Assembly: GCA_043819555.1 (NCBI GenBank)
Contig: JBDREQ010000009.1
Location: forward strand, 1 to 64,000
Length of the DNA stretch: 64,000 bases
From: Candidatus Zixiibacteriota bacterium
GTDB lineage: Bacteria > Zixibacteria > MSB-5A5 > GN15 > JAAZOE01
Direction: 5' to 3'
In this document: in pieces, positions 18,642 through 28,346 of the stretch
Layout: each line of letters opens with the position of its first letter
Numbering within the stretch: the first letter of the stretch is position 1
Notes under the pieces: generated by a model
What the model was told of the DNA's origin: nothing
The model's database searches: none
Seen by the model: only the letters and a program-made list of their open reading frames with translations
Position numbers and translations under genes: made by a program

Positions 18642-20214
18642 ATGTCCGAATTTATACAAAATTTTACATGGCCGGCCATCGGGCTGGCCATTGTAATCGC
18701 GTTTTTCGTTCTCGTTCGGGCCCTGGCGGCGTTTTATATCAGGGTTCCTCCGAACAGGGCGGCATACTTCTATGGCGCCCGCAGCGGCAAAAAGGGAATA
18801 CAAAAAATCAGCATAACCGACGGCGCTGGCGCCCCGACGATCACAGTTCTGCCCCCCGGCACGGTCGTGGTCACAGGCGGCGGGCGCATTCGAAAACCGA
18901 TTATTGAGGATGTCCAATTTCTGGATTTGACAGAAATATCATTACCGCAGATTCGAGTCGAAAACATGCCCAACGTGGACGGCGTCCTAGTAACCGTCGA
19001 GGCTGTCGCCAATATACGGTTTAGAGACGATGCTCAATCATTACTGGCCGCAGGTTCTCGATTTTTGGGTATGAATCGCGAGCAGATTCAGGGTGTCGCG
19101 CGGGAAACTCTGGAATCCAACCTGCGAGGCGTAATCGGAACCCTGACGGTTGATCAGCTAATTAAGGATCGCGATGCTTTCCGCCAAAAAGTACTGGGCG
19201 AGGCTGGTGAGGACCTATCGCGCCTCGGAATGCAGATTGACGTATTCAATCCGCAGTCGATTTTTGACCAGCAGGGATATATCGAGGCCCTCGGTAAGAA
19301 GCGAACAGCCGAAGTAAAGCGCGATGCCACTATCGGCGAGGCCGAGGCTCAGGCCGAAGCCAAGAAAAAATCGACCGATGCCGAGCGCGACGCCGAAGTC
19401 GTCGCACAAAACAACGAAAAGCTGAAAGCGGAGGCGAGGAAAAAAGCCGATGTCGCCAAGCAGACTTACGCCGCTGAAGTATATCGAGAAACGGCTATCA
19501 CTGACCAGGCCGGACCATTGGTATCCGCCGAACAAAGACAAAAAGTTATTATTGCCGAAGTTAAAATGGAAGAAGAGCGTTCCCGGGCACAAATTGCGGT
19601 CGAAGAGCAGAACATTCTGCGCGAACAAAAAGCTCAGGAAGCCGCCATAGTTGTTCCGGCTAAAGCCAACGCCGACGCCCAGGTGCGTGAGGCCGAGGGT
19701 TACAAACAAGCCGAAACAGCCAAGGCCGACGGTGATAAATACGCCACTATCGCGCGCGCTGACGCTTCACGGCATAAAATGACCGCCGAGGGTACCGGCC
19801 GGGCGTCAGCTGATAAATCGATCGGCTTGGCTGAGGCTGACGTTATTGAACGTCAGGGATTGGCGAGAGCTGTATCCGTTTCGGAACTGGCTAAAGCGTA
19901 CCAGCAGTTTAACGAGGCCGCTATCACGCTCGAAGTATTGAAAGTCTTGCCGCAGGCGATCGAGTCATTGGGCAATGTCTTTGGCGCCATAGCCGCCGAT
20001 GGGCAATATCGACAAGCTCGTTATCGTTGACAGCGGCGGAGGCGGTGGCGATGACAAAGGCGCGCTGAACCGTTTCGCCAAAACCGGACCGGTTATGATG
20101 TTCCAGTTTCTTGAGCAGGCCAAAGCCGCCGGAATTGATGTAACAGAGCTTTTGAAAAAAATTGGAATCAGCGCCGATGGTTTACTGAATACAAAACCAT
20201 CAAAGAAGGCGTAA
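18642..20214 (+). CDS. Flotillin-like SPFH/band-7 protein (YqiK/FloT-like), apparently disrupted by a +1 frameshift at the GGG run 20001-20003 (ORFs 18642..20030 and 19999..20214)
   Basis: N-terminal TM segment, an SPFH core, and a long Ala/Glu/Lys/Gln-rich coiled-coil region (…AEAQAEAKKKSTDAERDAEVVAQNNEKLKAEARKKAD…). The overlapping ORF 19999..20214 encodes NIDKLVIVDSGGGGGDDKG…, consistent with a flotillin C-terminus. Removing one G from GGG joins the two frames as …AIAADGNIDKLVIVD…. Confidence 0.8.
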
Positions 20215-20239
20215 ATTTAAATTCAAAATAAATCCATGG

Positions 20240-20275
20240 CCGGATCAGGCGGAAACATTTGATCCGGTTTTTTTA
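20240..20275 (+). terminator. Rho-independent terminator after the nfeD-flotillin operon
   Basis: CCGGATCA-N13-TGATCCGG hairpin followed by T7. Confidence 0.6.
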
Positions 20276-20448
20276 TTTAATTGAATTTATTACTGGCGCA
20301 GGCCAGAAGGCGAGGAAGTTTTAATTTCGAGACTCCTGTTAATCTTAAGGGTGGGAGTTTTCAACTTCTGCCCTGCAATATTAAAATTCTTGTTTGGCGC
20401 CAGCGTTGGATTGGGTAATATAAACCATGCTTTAACCGGTGCGCGTAT

Positions 20449-22248
20449 ATGAAAAATCATAAGTCAATTTTGTGCACGACAATACCTATCATGCTTTTTC
20501 TAATAAATTCCATCCCTGGGGCGCAGGCGCCGGTTGATGTTGGTGATATGAAACAACTATTTATTGATGATTATATTCTGGCTGATACGTCCAGCGTATC
20601 ATTTACCGTTAATCCTCCTCAATGTCTGGGGCCGGTATTGATGCCCGATAATCTCTGGGAAAACTGGTCGCTCAGTTATTTCAATGTTTTGGAAGACGGC
20701 GGGATATACAAAATGTGGTACGGAAGCTGGGACTGGCCCAATCAGACGAGGCGGATTTGTTATGCGACCTCGACTGACGGTGTAACGTGGGATAGGCCTA
20801 ATCTGGGGTTGGTCGAATACCAGGGCTCTTATAATAACAATATTTTGCCAGTTGTTTATGATGATGGCGGAACGATATTTGTCGACCCGCTTGCCGCTGA
20901 AGACGCACGCTATAAAATCATGGGGAACAATCCGTATCCATATATTTATAATTCTCCCGATGGAATAAATTTTACATTGGTTGATTCGGCTCTTCTGGAT
21001 ATGATGCCCGACAGCCATAATCCAATGTTCTATGATACGCGGCTGGACAAATATGTCGCCTATTTGCGCAGTTGGAATTTTCTGCCCGATTATGATAATG
21101 CGGCCATTCCCAACCGCACCGTCAGCCGCATTGAGATGCTTGATCCTTTGTCGTTTTGGGAATATCCTCCGGTCGATACGCATTTTTATAAATTCGGCGA
21201 CTCCCGCCCACCTGCGATAAGCACGGAGCTGGATATTGTCATGACCCTGGATTCTCTCGATCCGCCCGACGCCGATATTTATACTTCGGGAGTGGTTCAG
21301 TATATGGAAAACGGCGCGGTCTATCTCGCATTCCCGTCGTTGTATTATCATTATCCCGAACCGCCGACGGGAGAGTTTTATAATGACGGTATTTTGAATA
21401 TTCATTTGGCCGTGAGCCGTGACGGGTTGAATTGGAAGCGATATCGCTCCCCATATATGGATAACATTGCCTGCGGAGATTCGCTGAGGCAGATGTATAT
21501 TGGGCTGGGGATGCTAAAGATTGACGACTCACTCTATCAATATCTATATGGCGTCGAGCAAACGCATGCCAATGCGCTAAAAACCAGCGCCTATTATCGT
21601 TTTGGCCATAGACTGGACGGTTTTGTATCACTTGATGCCGGCCTGACTGTGGGAACCGCCGAAACTGTACCGATTGCATTTTCCGGAAATTCGCTTAATA
21701 TGAATTTTGAAACATCGGGAAACGGTTATGTTTTATGCGAGTTGTTGGATGGAAGCGGGGGTCCAATTCAGGGTTATTCTATAAATGAGGGCGATACTTT
21801 GCGCGGATCGAGTATTGCCGGACATGTATCATGGAACGGGCAGCGGGATATTGAATCATTGCAGGGGGTAACGGTCAAAATCCGCTGGAAATTCATGGAT
21901 GCCAAAATTTATTCGTTTCAATTCGTCAATGATCCGGCCCTCGACGCGGTGCACGATGAGCCTATCCCGAACCAACTATCACTTGGTCAAAACTACCCCA
22001 ACCCTTTTAATCCTATGACCCGAATTGAATATAATCTGCAAAAAGGCGGATATGTTAACCTGACCATATACAATCTTTCCGGGCAGATCGTCAAAACACT
22101 GGTCAATGAAAGACAATCTGCGGGAGTGCATACTATTGAATGGGATGGGATGAATTATTCAGGTAAGATTGTCACATCGGGAATTTATTTATACAGAATT
22201 TCCTCAGATAATAAGCAGATTGTCAAAAAAATGGTTCTATTCAAGTAA
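20449..22248 (+). CDS. Secreted beta-propeller glycoside-hydrolase-like protein with a T9SS C-terminal sorting domain (Por secretion cargo)
   Basis: Signal peptide present. The N-terminal region has W/Y/D-rich beta-propeller-like motifs (WYGSWDWPNQ…YATSTDGVTWDRPN). The last ~80 aa, LSLGQNYPNPFNPMTRIEYNL…LTIYNLSGQIVKTLVNE…SGIYLYRISSDNKQIVKKMVLFK, match the T9SS type-A/FlgD-Ig-like CTD consensus. Confidence 0.8.
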   Translation: MKNHKSILCTTIPIMLFLINSIPGAQAPVDVGDMKQLFIDDYILADTSSVSFTVNPPQCLGPVLMPDNLWENWSLSYFNVLEDGGIYKMWYGSWDWPNQTRRICYATSTDGVTWDRPNLGLVEYQGSYNNNILPVVYDDGGTIFVDPLAAEDARYKIMGNNPYPYIYNSPDGINFTLVDSALLDMMPDSHNPMFYDTRLDKYVAYLRSWNFLPDYDNAAIPNRTVSRIEMLDPLSFWEYPPVDTHFYKFGDSRPPAISTELDIVMTLDSLDPPDADIYTSGVVQYMENGAVYLAFPSLYYHYPEPPTGEFYNDGILNIHLAVSRDGLNWKRYRSPYMDNIACGDSLRQMYIGLGMLKIDDSLYQYLYGVEQTHANALKTSAYYRFGHRLDGFVSLDAGLTVGTAETVPIAFSGNSLNMNFETSGNGYVLCELLDGSGGPIQGYSINEGDTLRGSSIAGHVSWNGQRDIESLQGVTVKIRWKFMDAKIYSFQFVNDPALDAVHDEPIPNQLSLGQNYPNPFNPMTRIEYNLQKGGYVNLTIYNLSGQIVKTLVNERQSAGVHTIEWDGMNYSGKIVTSGIYLYRISSDNKQIVKKMVLFK

Positions 22249-22252
22249 CAGG

Positions 22253-22747
22253 CTACCTAAAAGATTTTTTGAATAATTCCGCGGCCGATTTATCAAACAG
22301 CACAAAATGAACTTCTTCGATAGATTCAGCGTCATCAGCGAATTCATCCAGGGCTTTGTGCATTGCCCGGGCGCAAATTTCAAGCGATAATCCCCCGATG
22401 CCGGTGCCGATTGCGGGAATCGCAATCGAGGACAAGTTCAGATCATCGGCGACATATAGACTGCTGAGAGTCGCTTCGAGAACAAAGTCCTCACTGGTTT
22501 TCAAATCCTGCCCCATCCCTGCGGCGTGGATAACATACGTATGCGGCAAATCACCCGCGGTCGTGGCGACGGCTTCCCCGATTTCAATCGGTCCCAGAGC
22601 GACAGCTTCATCTTCGATAATCTGACCGCCCAAACGTTTGATTGCTCCAGCCACACCGGAACCCATCCAGAGATGATTATTGGCGGCATTGACAATGGCG
22701 TCGGTTTTGGCTTCGGTAATATCGCTGGAATATATTTTTACTTTCAT
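22253..22747 (-). CDS. Macro-domain protein (ADP-ribose / O-acetyl-ADP-ribose binding or deacetylase, YmdB-like)
   Basis: DITEAKTDAIVNAANNHLWMGSGVAGAI…HAAGMGQ motifs match the macro domain. Confidence 0.85.
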   Translation of the reverse strand: MKVKIYSSDITEAKTDAIVNAANNHLWMGSGVAGAIKRLGGQIIEDEAVALGPIEIGEAVATTAGDLPHTYVIHAAGMGQDLKTSEDFVLEATLSSLYVADDLNLSSIAIPAIGTGIGGLSLEICARAMHKALDEFADDAESIEEVHFVLFDKSAAELFKKSFR

Positions 22748-22789
22748 ATCTGCTTCAAAAATCCTTTATCATATTTAAAATCGGATATA

Positions 22790-23482
22790 TCATTCTACAC
22801 AAGGACGAGGGTTTAGTTTTTCCCGTTTATTCAAAAATAGTAAAATCAACGCACAAAATCCACCGGAAAAGCAGCCCAAAATTACCCCGCCCAGTACATC
22901 AACCGGATAGTGAACACCAACAAAAACACGCGAGATTCCGACCAAAAATGCAAACAGGAAAAAATAGATGCGGTATCTTTTATAGAGCAGGCCAAAAAAC
23001 ATCGCTTGCCCAAAAAGATTGGTTGTATGAGATGAGGGAAAGGCAAATCCCGAACCACAATTTACAAGCAAATGGACATCCATCACGCGGCAGGGACGCA
23101 ATCGTTCGACCAGAGGTTTAATTATGCCAGCTGACGTATAATCGGTAATCGCCAGTGTTATCGCTGAAAAAACAACCACCCAAATAAATTTCTTATTGCC
23201 GAGAGTAAAAAGTAAAACAACTATCACAATATACAAAAGCGGTTTGATAATTCCGACTGAAGCGTAGTCAGATATTGCCAGAATAATTGCAGAAAAAACA
23301 GCCACCCAGATAAATTTCTTTTTTCCGAGAGTCAGAAGTAAGACGACCACCAATAGATACAAAATGCGCAGGAGCCAATCGTTGGTGATAATCGGCATAA
23401 TAAAATCAGTAACCGGATTGGCGAGAGCGCCGTTTATGAGATGAAACAACTGCGTATCATATTCGAGTATCTGTTCAATCAT
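22790..23482 (-). CDS. PAP2-family (type 2 phosphatidic acid phosphatase-like) membrane protein with an internal tandem duplication
   Basis: Signature motifs KPLVERLRP, PSSH and SRVFVGVHYPVD are present. Two consecutive ~36-aa segments are near-identical (LLLTLGKKKFIWVAVFSAIILAISDYASVGIIKPL and LLFTLGNKKFIWVVVFSAITLAITDYTSAGIIKPL). Confidence 0.8.
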   Translation of the reverse strand: MIEQILEYDTQLFHLINGALANPVTDFIMPIITNDWLLRILYLLVVVLLLTLGKKKFIWVAVFSAIILAISDYASVGIIKPLLYIVIVVLLFTLGNKKFIWVVVFSAITLAITDYTSAGIIKPLVERLRPCRVMDVHLLVNCGSGFAFPSSHTTNLFGQAMFFGLLYKRYRIYFFLFAFLVGISRVFVGVHYPVDVLGGVILGCFSGGFCALILLFLNKREKLNPRPCVE

Positions 23483-24404
23483 AATACTTCCGATGTCTTT
23501 TAATGAAAGCCATTATTTGCCGGTAAGACGGTATCCCCGCTCGGGCTCCCGGTTTGAGACATTTTTGTGCCGCCGCGGCTGAGGCAAATTTCATTTTCTT
23601 ATCCAAATCCCATCCCTTGAGAAGCCCAAACAGGTATGCGCCATGAAAGGCATCGCCAGCCCCGGTTGTATCAATCGTTTTTATCTTAAATGCTCTTTGG
23701 CGAAGCTGGTTATTGTCTGAATCAATTCCAAATGAACCGTTGGTACCGCTGGTAACGACCGTTTCGGGAATGCCGGCTTTTTTGAAACCGGCCGCGGCTT
23801 TATTTATTGAACGGGTTTTGAAATAATGTGTGGCATAATCATCGGCGCAAATCAGGAAATCAAGATATGGAAACAATTCATCGACGCAGTTTCGAACTGA
23901 ACCGATATCAAGCATTATTCGGGCGCCGACTTGTTTACCCCAACGGGCGAGTTTGACGGCGGCTTTCAGATGGCGGCCATCAATATGAATCATTTTGGGG
24001 ATCGGCAAATGAGATAATTTTATATCGCGCGGATGAATAAATATTCGGTTCGGCATATCCAGGACAATTGTGCGGTTTCCCGACTTTTGTTCAATCCAGG
24101 CGAAGGCTCTGGCCGATGAACAATTTCTACGGCTGACGCACAGGTTATGATGCACGCCGAATTTATCAAGCTCTTTTCGGGCGAATCGTCCCCACTCATC
24201 GTCGCCAAAAGGAGCTATCAGGCTCGCCTGACCTCCTAATTTGGAAAAAGTGCACAAGGAATTTGGGACCGGTCCACCTCCTGTAATCGCGCTGCTTTGG
24301 GGAATGCCATCGATTTTCTTTCCCGCAGGAGGGAATGCCGCCATTGTCACAAAAAAATCGACCGGCGCTATGCCCAGACCAAGAGCGTCAACCGTTTTTA
24401 TCAA
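23475..24404 (-). CDS. PfkB-family carbohydrate kinase (ribokinase-like)
   Basis: The C-terminal DTTGAGDAFHGAYLFGLLKG motif is the PfkB signature 2. The N-terminus has a GG dipeptide region. Confidence 0.8.
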   Translation of the reverse strand: MIKTVDALGLGIAPVDFFVTMAAFPPAGKKIDGIPQSSAITGGGPVPNSLCTFSKLGGQASLIAPFGDDEWGRFARKELDKFGVHHNLCVSRRNCSSARAFAWIEQKSGNRTIVLDMPNRIFIHPRDIKLSHLPIPKMIHIDGRHLKAAVKLARWGKQVGARIMLDIGSVRNCVDELFPYLDFLICADDYATHYFKTRSINKAAAGFKKAGIPETVVTSGTNGSFGIDSDNNQLRQRAFKIKTIDTTGAGDAFHGAYLFGLLKGWDLDKKMKFASAAAAQKCLKPGARAGIPSYRQIMAFIKRHRKYYD

Positions 24405-25008
24405 TTTTGACCCGACCTCCCGTCAATTCAATCAAGTGTGACTCAAAATCGGAAGTCTTTGATTTTCTGATTTTAAGTTTCATAATAACCTCGTCAGCGA
24501 ATTCCTGATTTATTATCTCGAAATGTTCGGCGTTAATAATTCGCATTAGCCGATCATAGTATTTAAACGCTATTGAAAATTCCAATCGGTCGCAAATTAA
24601 CCGTTCGACTACTCCTGCTTTGTCCAGCATTTCAGACGCGGCACCGGCATAAGCCCGGGTTAATCCTCCGGTTCCCAGTTTCGTACCGCCAAAATAACGA
24701 ATGACTACAACAATAACATTTCTTAAATCACGGCCGGTGATCGATTGAAATATTGGCTGCCCGGCGGTTCCGGACGGCTCTCCATCGTCCGAATACTTGA
24801 ATTTTACATCATTAATGCCATATGTATAGGCATAGCAATGGTGCGTCGCCGAGTATTCTTCCTTACGGATTTTTTCCAGGATTTTCTGAGCATCCAATTC
24901 ATTTTTTAGCGGGAAACCTCGGGCGATAAACCGAGAGCCTTTAATTTTAATTTCATGTTCGCTCGGGCCGGCAAGGGTAAAAAAACTATCGATGATTTTC
25001 GCTGACAT
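24388..25008 (-). CDS. IMPACT/YigZ-family protein (UPF0029)
   Basis: …GSRFIARGFPLKNELDAQKILEKIRKEEYSATHHCYAY… matches the YigZ N-terminal domain signature. Confidence 0.85.
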   Translation of the reverse strand: MSAKIIDSFFTLAGPSEHEIKIKGSRFIARGFPLKNELDAQKILEKIRKEEYSATHHCYAYTYGINDVKFKYSDDGEPSGTAGQPIFQSITGRDLRNVIVVVIRYFGGTKLGTGGLTRAYAGAASEMLDKAGVVERLICDRLEFSIAFKYYDRLMRIINAEHFEIINQEFADEVIMKLKIRKSKTSDFESHLIELTGGRVKIDKNG

Positions 25009-25016
25009 GATAATAG

Positions 25017-25910
25017 TTATACTAACGATTTGAGAATCAGTTCATATTCATTAATATTTGTCAACGGGATTCCTCCGTATCCAATAATTTTTTCAAGGTG
25101 CGGATTATCATCGCCAATAATAACAAAAAGCAATTTCCCCAATTGGTGACAGCACAAAGCGGCATCGAGAGTCCCCACCGATTCCGCTGATACTTGTCCG
25201 ATTACAACCGCCTGAGAAAGACCCACAATAATTCGATTCCGGCCCATCAGTCGTCCGGCATTTACGGGACTATAGGGAATATGTTCGCTGATTAGTCCTC
25301 CCGATTCAGTTATTTCTTTGGCCAAACCGCTATTTTCCGAAGGGTGGATGATGTTGATTCCGCAGGGCAGGACGGCGTAGGTTTTGCCGTTTTCTTTTAA
25401 CGCCCCGACATGGCCCGCGGTATCGATACCGCGCGCAAGACCGCCGACAATAGATACGCCGCTTTTGGCCAACAGAGACGCAAGCTCCACGGCATTGGCA
25501 ATGCCTTCGGCCGAAACGTCCTGAGAGCCGATAATGGCTACTGTTTTTTCAGCCTGAGATGGCAACCGGCCCTGATAATACAGGAGCGGCGGCGGATCGT
25601 TTAATTCACTAAGGAGACGCGGATAGTTCTCGTCGGAATAAATAACGGAACGGGAATCATAGGCTTCGAGATTTTCAATAATCGCCTGCGCCCGCTCAAG
25701 AAATTCGAAAGCCTGCGCGATGGCGGAGGCTCGCTTCGGTCCGATTCCTTCCAGTTGTTGAAGTTCATCGGATTCGGTCAAAAATATCTCTTCGGTGGTT
25801 TGAAATTGATGTATCAATTGAGCAAAAATACGGGGTCCCACTTTGCCGGTCATTTTTAGCGCCAGTATTTGGGAAGCGGCGCTGTATTTTTTCAAATCCA
25901 ACATCGCCAC
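25017..25910 (-). CDS. dprA: DNA processing protein DprA (Smf)
   Basis: N-terminal HhH/SAM-like domain (LEGIGPKRASAI) and a Rossmann-like DprA core (GLARGIDTAGHVGAL…TYAVLPCGINIIHPSEN). Confidence 0.85.
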   Translation of the reverse strand: MAMLDLKKYSAASQILALKMTGKVGPRIFAQLIHQFQTTEEIFLTESDELQQLEGIGPKRASAIAQAFEFLERAQAIIENLEAYDSRSVIYSDENYPRLLSELNDPPPLLYYQGRLPSQAEKTVAIIGSQDVSAEGIANAVELASLLAKSGVSIVGGLARGIDTAGHVGALKENGKTYAVLPCGINIIHPSENSGLAKEITESGGLISEHIPYSPVNAGRLMGRNRIIVGLSQAVVIGQVSAESVGTLDAALCCHQLGKLLFVIIGDDNPHLEKIIGYGGIPLTNINEYELILKSLV

Positions 25911-25968
25911 AATTTATGTTACTAGTATTGATTTGGCAATAAACAATCATAAAAACAGAAATTTATAA

Positions 25969-26841
25969 ATGCGTTGTTGCTCATTTACTGCATTTTCTTA
26001 TATTGGGTTCATGCGAAAAATATTATCGATTTCAATTATGACAGCCTTATCGTTTCTTCTTTTGTCATGCGGGGAAGATTTGACACCGGATCAAAGAGTC
26101 GTTCGGATGCGCCATTTGATGGATGAGGAGAAATACGAACAAGCTTTGGAACATTTGGTAACACTGAAAAAGGAATTGCCAACCGATAAAGCGACATTGT
26201 TTATTGGCGGGCGACTTTATGAAAAAATGGGCCAGATCGATAGCGCTTTATCCTATGCTGTCAAATTTACAGCATTATTTCCAGCCGATTTTGAAGGTCA
26301 GAAATTTTTGTATGAAATAAGTGAACGCGCGGAGGATTTTGAGTTACAATTAAGGGCGGCCAATCGGTTAGGATTTTTGGAAAAAAATCGAAAAAAATAC
26401 CTGCCCAAAATCGCGGAATTGAATATTAAAACCGGAAAACCGGGGATGGCAGTATCAATCTATCGAGATTTACTGGCCGATGATCCTTCCAATAATCAAC
26501 TTCGATTCTCCTTTGCCTTTAGCCTGGGCGTCGTTGGCAAATTTGACAGCGCCATCGTTGTCATGGAAGAATTGCTCGCTCAAAATCCAGGTAAGATGGA
26601 ATTAATGAATAATTTGGCATTTTTCCTGGCTCAGGCCGAACGGTTTGAGGAAGCGAAGACTCAATATACATTGGTCACTAAATCATTCCCAGATTATCTC
26701 GCCGGGTGGCATGGTCTTGGAACGGTACTTAAGCAACTGGGTGATACGAACCAGGCAATAGATGCCTTTCAACGAGTTTATAATACTAATCCCGCCTTTA
26801 TGGGTGTTGATTCGATATTGAGAGAATTGCGCCCGGAATAA
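25969..26841 (+). CDS. TPR-repeat lipoprotein
   Basis: Lipobox LLSC at the signal peptide end. Repeated A/L/Y-rich 34-aa TPR-like helices follow. Confidence 0.65.
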   Translation: MRCCSFTAFSYIGFMRKILSISIMTALSFLLLSCGEDLTPDQRVVRMRHLMDEEKYEQALEHLVTLKKELPTDKATLFIGGRLYEKMGQIDSALSYAVKFTALFPADFEGQKFLYEISERAEDFELQLRAANRLGFLEKNRKKYLPKIAELNIKTGKPGMAVSIYRDLLADDPSNNQLRFSFAFSLGVVGKFDSAIVVMEELLAQNPGKMELMNNLAFFLAQAERFEEAKTQYTLVTKSFPDYLAGWHGLGTVLKQLGDTNQAIDAFQRVYNTNPAFMGVDSILRELRPE

Positions 26842-26860
26842 AATAAATTTAGGACACATA

Positions 26861-26892
26861 AAAAAACCGGTCATTGAATGGCCGGTTTTTTT
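26861..26892. terminator. Bidirectional terminator between convergent genes
   Basis: A7-ACCGGTCATTGAATGGCCGGT-T7. Confidence 0.6.
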
Positions 26893-26911
26893 ATGTTTAT
26901 AAAATTTTCTT

Positions 26912-27997
26912 CTAAGGCACTAGTTCATCGGTCTGATTATGAGGACAATTGAAACACCAATGTCCCGCAAAATATCCGCCCTGTCGCGTACCGCCTCTTT
27001 TGAAATGTCCGCGCATGATTCCAATCGGTTCGCCGTCGGCATTATAGAAGCGGCCTTTGAATTCGCCCAGAGATCGGCCATCCTGGACCGTAACCCTCCA
27101 TTGGCCTTTGACAAGGGCTCGGAATTTGCCGTTGGAGTCAATAAACTTCCCGGCGAAGACCTGTCTTGAATTGCCTTCGTCGTCTGTCCTCACTCCCCAA
27201 CGGCCTTTGATACAGCCATGGATCCTGCCATTGGCTGAAATCCAGCGCCCGAAAAAGACGCCCTGACCATCTTCATTTCGACCCCATCGGCCGGCCATAC
27301 AGCCTCTTCGCGCTTCATATGGATCATGGCGCATGGCCTGGAACGAAATTGCATTTCCAGCGCCGATATTTATCATGGTATCTAACTCTTCGAGCTGATC
27401 CACCGGGAAAGTTATATCCAATTGTTCGGACTCATAATGAAGCAAAACGAGTTCGTCGGTATCTGAATAGGGAACGATGACCTTTGTCGCCAGTCCATCA
27501 AAATGCCATGAGGTTTTTGAAACCCATTCCAATTCCTGAGGCATCGGTGTACTATTTAAATCGCATCTTGGTAAAATATAATCCTGCCCCTCTTCAAACC
27601 GGATGGTATGCGTAACAATAATACCGCCTCGACCCACGGTTAATTTTCCGGACCAGTCGGTAAGTTCAGTAATGCCGCTATCGCCTTCCAGATTGCCCCA
27701 GACCACGCGCATAGTGTAAACATCGGGGGGAATCCGATCTCCGTTACCCGAAACCCACGTCAAACTGCTTAATGTGTCATTATAGGCAGCCTCTTCAATC
27801 GGCGCGGCAACTTCGCCAATTATTGGATCTCCAAAATACGGTTCTTCATCAACTGGTTTGAATGAATCGAATTCATCAAGCGCTGAAACTTCAGAGAGTT
27901 CAGAATTCGTTGAATTTGAGCACCCTCCAATCATGAGGCCCGCCATAAGTAAAAGTCCGGCTAATTTCCAAATCATTTCGTTTTCTCCTTTCGTCAA
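26912..27997 (-). CDS. Lipoprotein with C-terminal tandem G/W/K-rich short repeats (MORN- or GW-like)
   Basis: Lipobox MIGGC. The C-terminal third has repeated ~20-aa units (GRWGRNEDGQGVFFGRWISANGRIHGCIKGRWGV…KGQWRVTVQDG…KGRFYNADGEPIGIMRGHFK…). Confidence 0.6.
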   Translation of the reverse strand: MTKGENEMIWKLAGLLLMAGLMIGGCSNSTNSELSEVSALDEFDSFKPVDEEPYFGDPIIGEVAAPIEEAAYNDTLSSLTWVSGNGDRIPPDVYTMRVVWGNLEGDSGITELTDWSGKLTVGRGGIIVTHTIRFEEGQDYILPRCDLNSTPMPQELEWVSKTSWHFDGLATKVIVPYSDTDELVLLHYESEQLDITFPVDQLEELDTMINIGAGNAISFQAMRHDPYEARRGCMAGRWGRNEDGQGVFFGRWISANGRIHGCIKGRWGVRTDDEGNSRQVFAGKFIDSNGKFRALVKGQWRVTVQDGRSLGEFKGRFYNADGEPIGIMRGHFKRGGTRQGGYFAGHWCFNCPHNQTDELVP

Positions 27998-28346
27998 GAT
28001 TGTGTTGTTATGAAAACAACTCCATCAAACCCCATGCCGGAGCGCTCAACCTATATTATTTATTGTTACGCAACAAGTTATGAGGGGCGAACCAAAATAT
28101 AAAAACTCCAAAATGTACCAACGGGTACGAAATCATAAATCAATGAACCTTAAGGAGCATCGTTATGATTTAATAAAATGCCAATTTATAGATATTGCCA
28201 GTACAATTATTGATGTTTGGTCTCGTATTTAATTAAACTAAACTTTTGAAATAGTGAAATGGTGGGACAGATAACTTGACTTTATTATAGGGTTATGATA
28301 GTTTTTCCACATTAAATCAGACAATCAAACGCAAGGAGATTTTCGA

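Noticed and set aside
19999-20214. 71-aa ORF as an independent small gene downstream of flotillin
   Set aside because: It overlaps the flotillin stop by 32 nt in the +1 frame and has no RBS. It encodes a flotillin-like C-terminus, and the terminator follows it. A frameshifted continuation of the flotillin gene explains it better.
23137-23352. Direct repeats initially resembling a CRISPR-like array
   Set aside because: There are only two units, both inside an intact ORF, translating into duplicated TM segments. This is an intragenic duplication, not CRISPR. No CRISPR array is present anywhere in the window.
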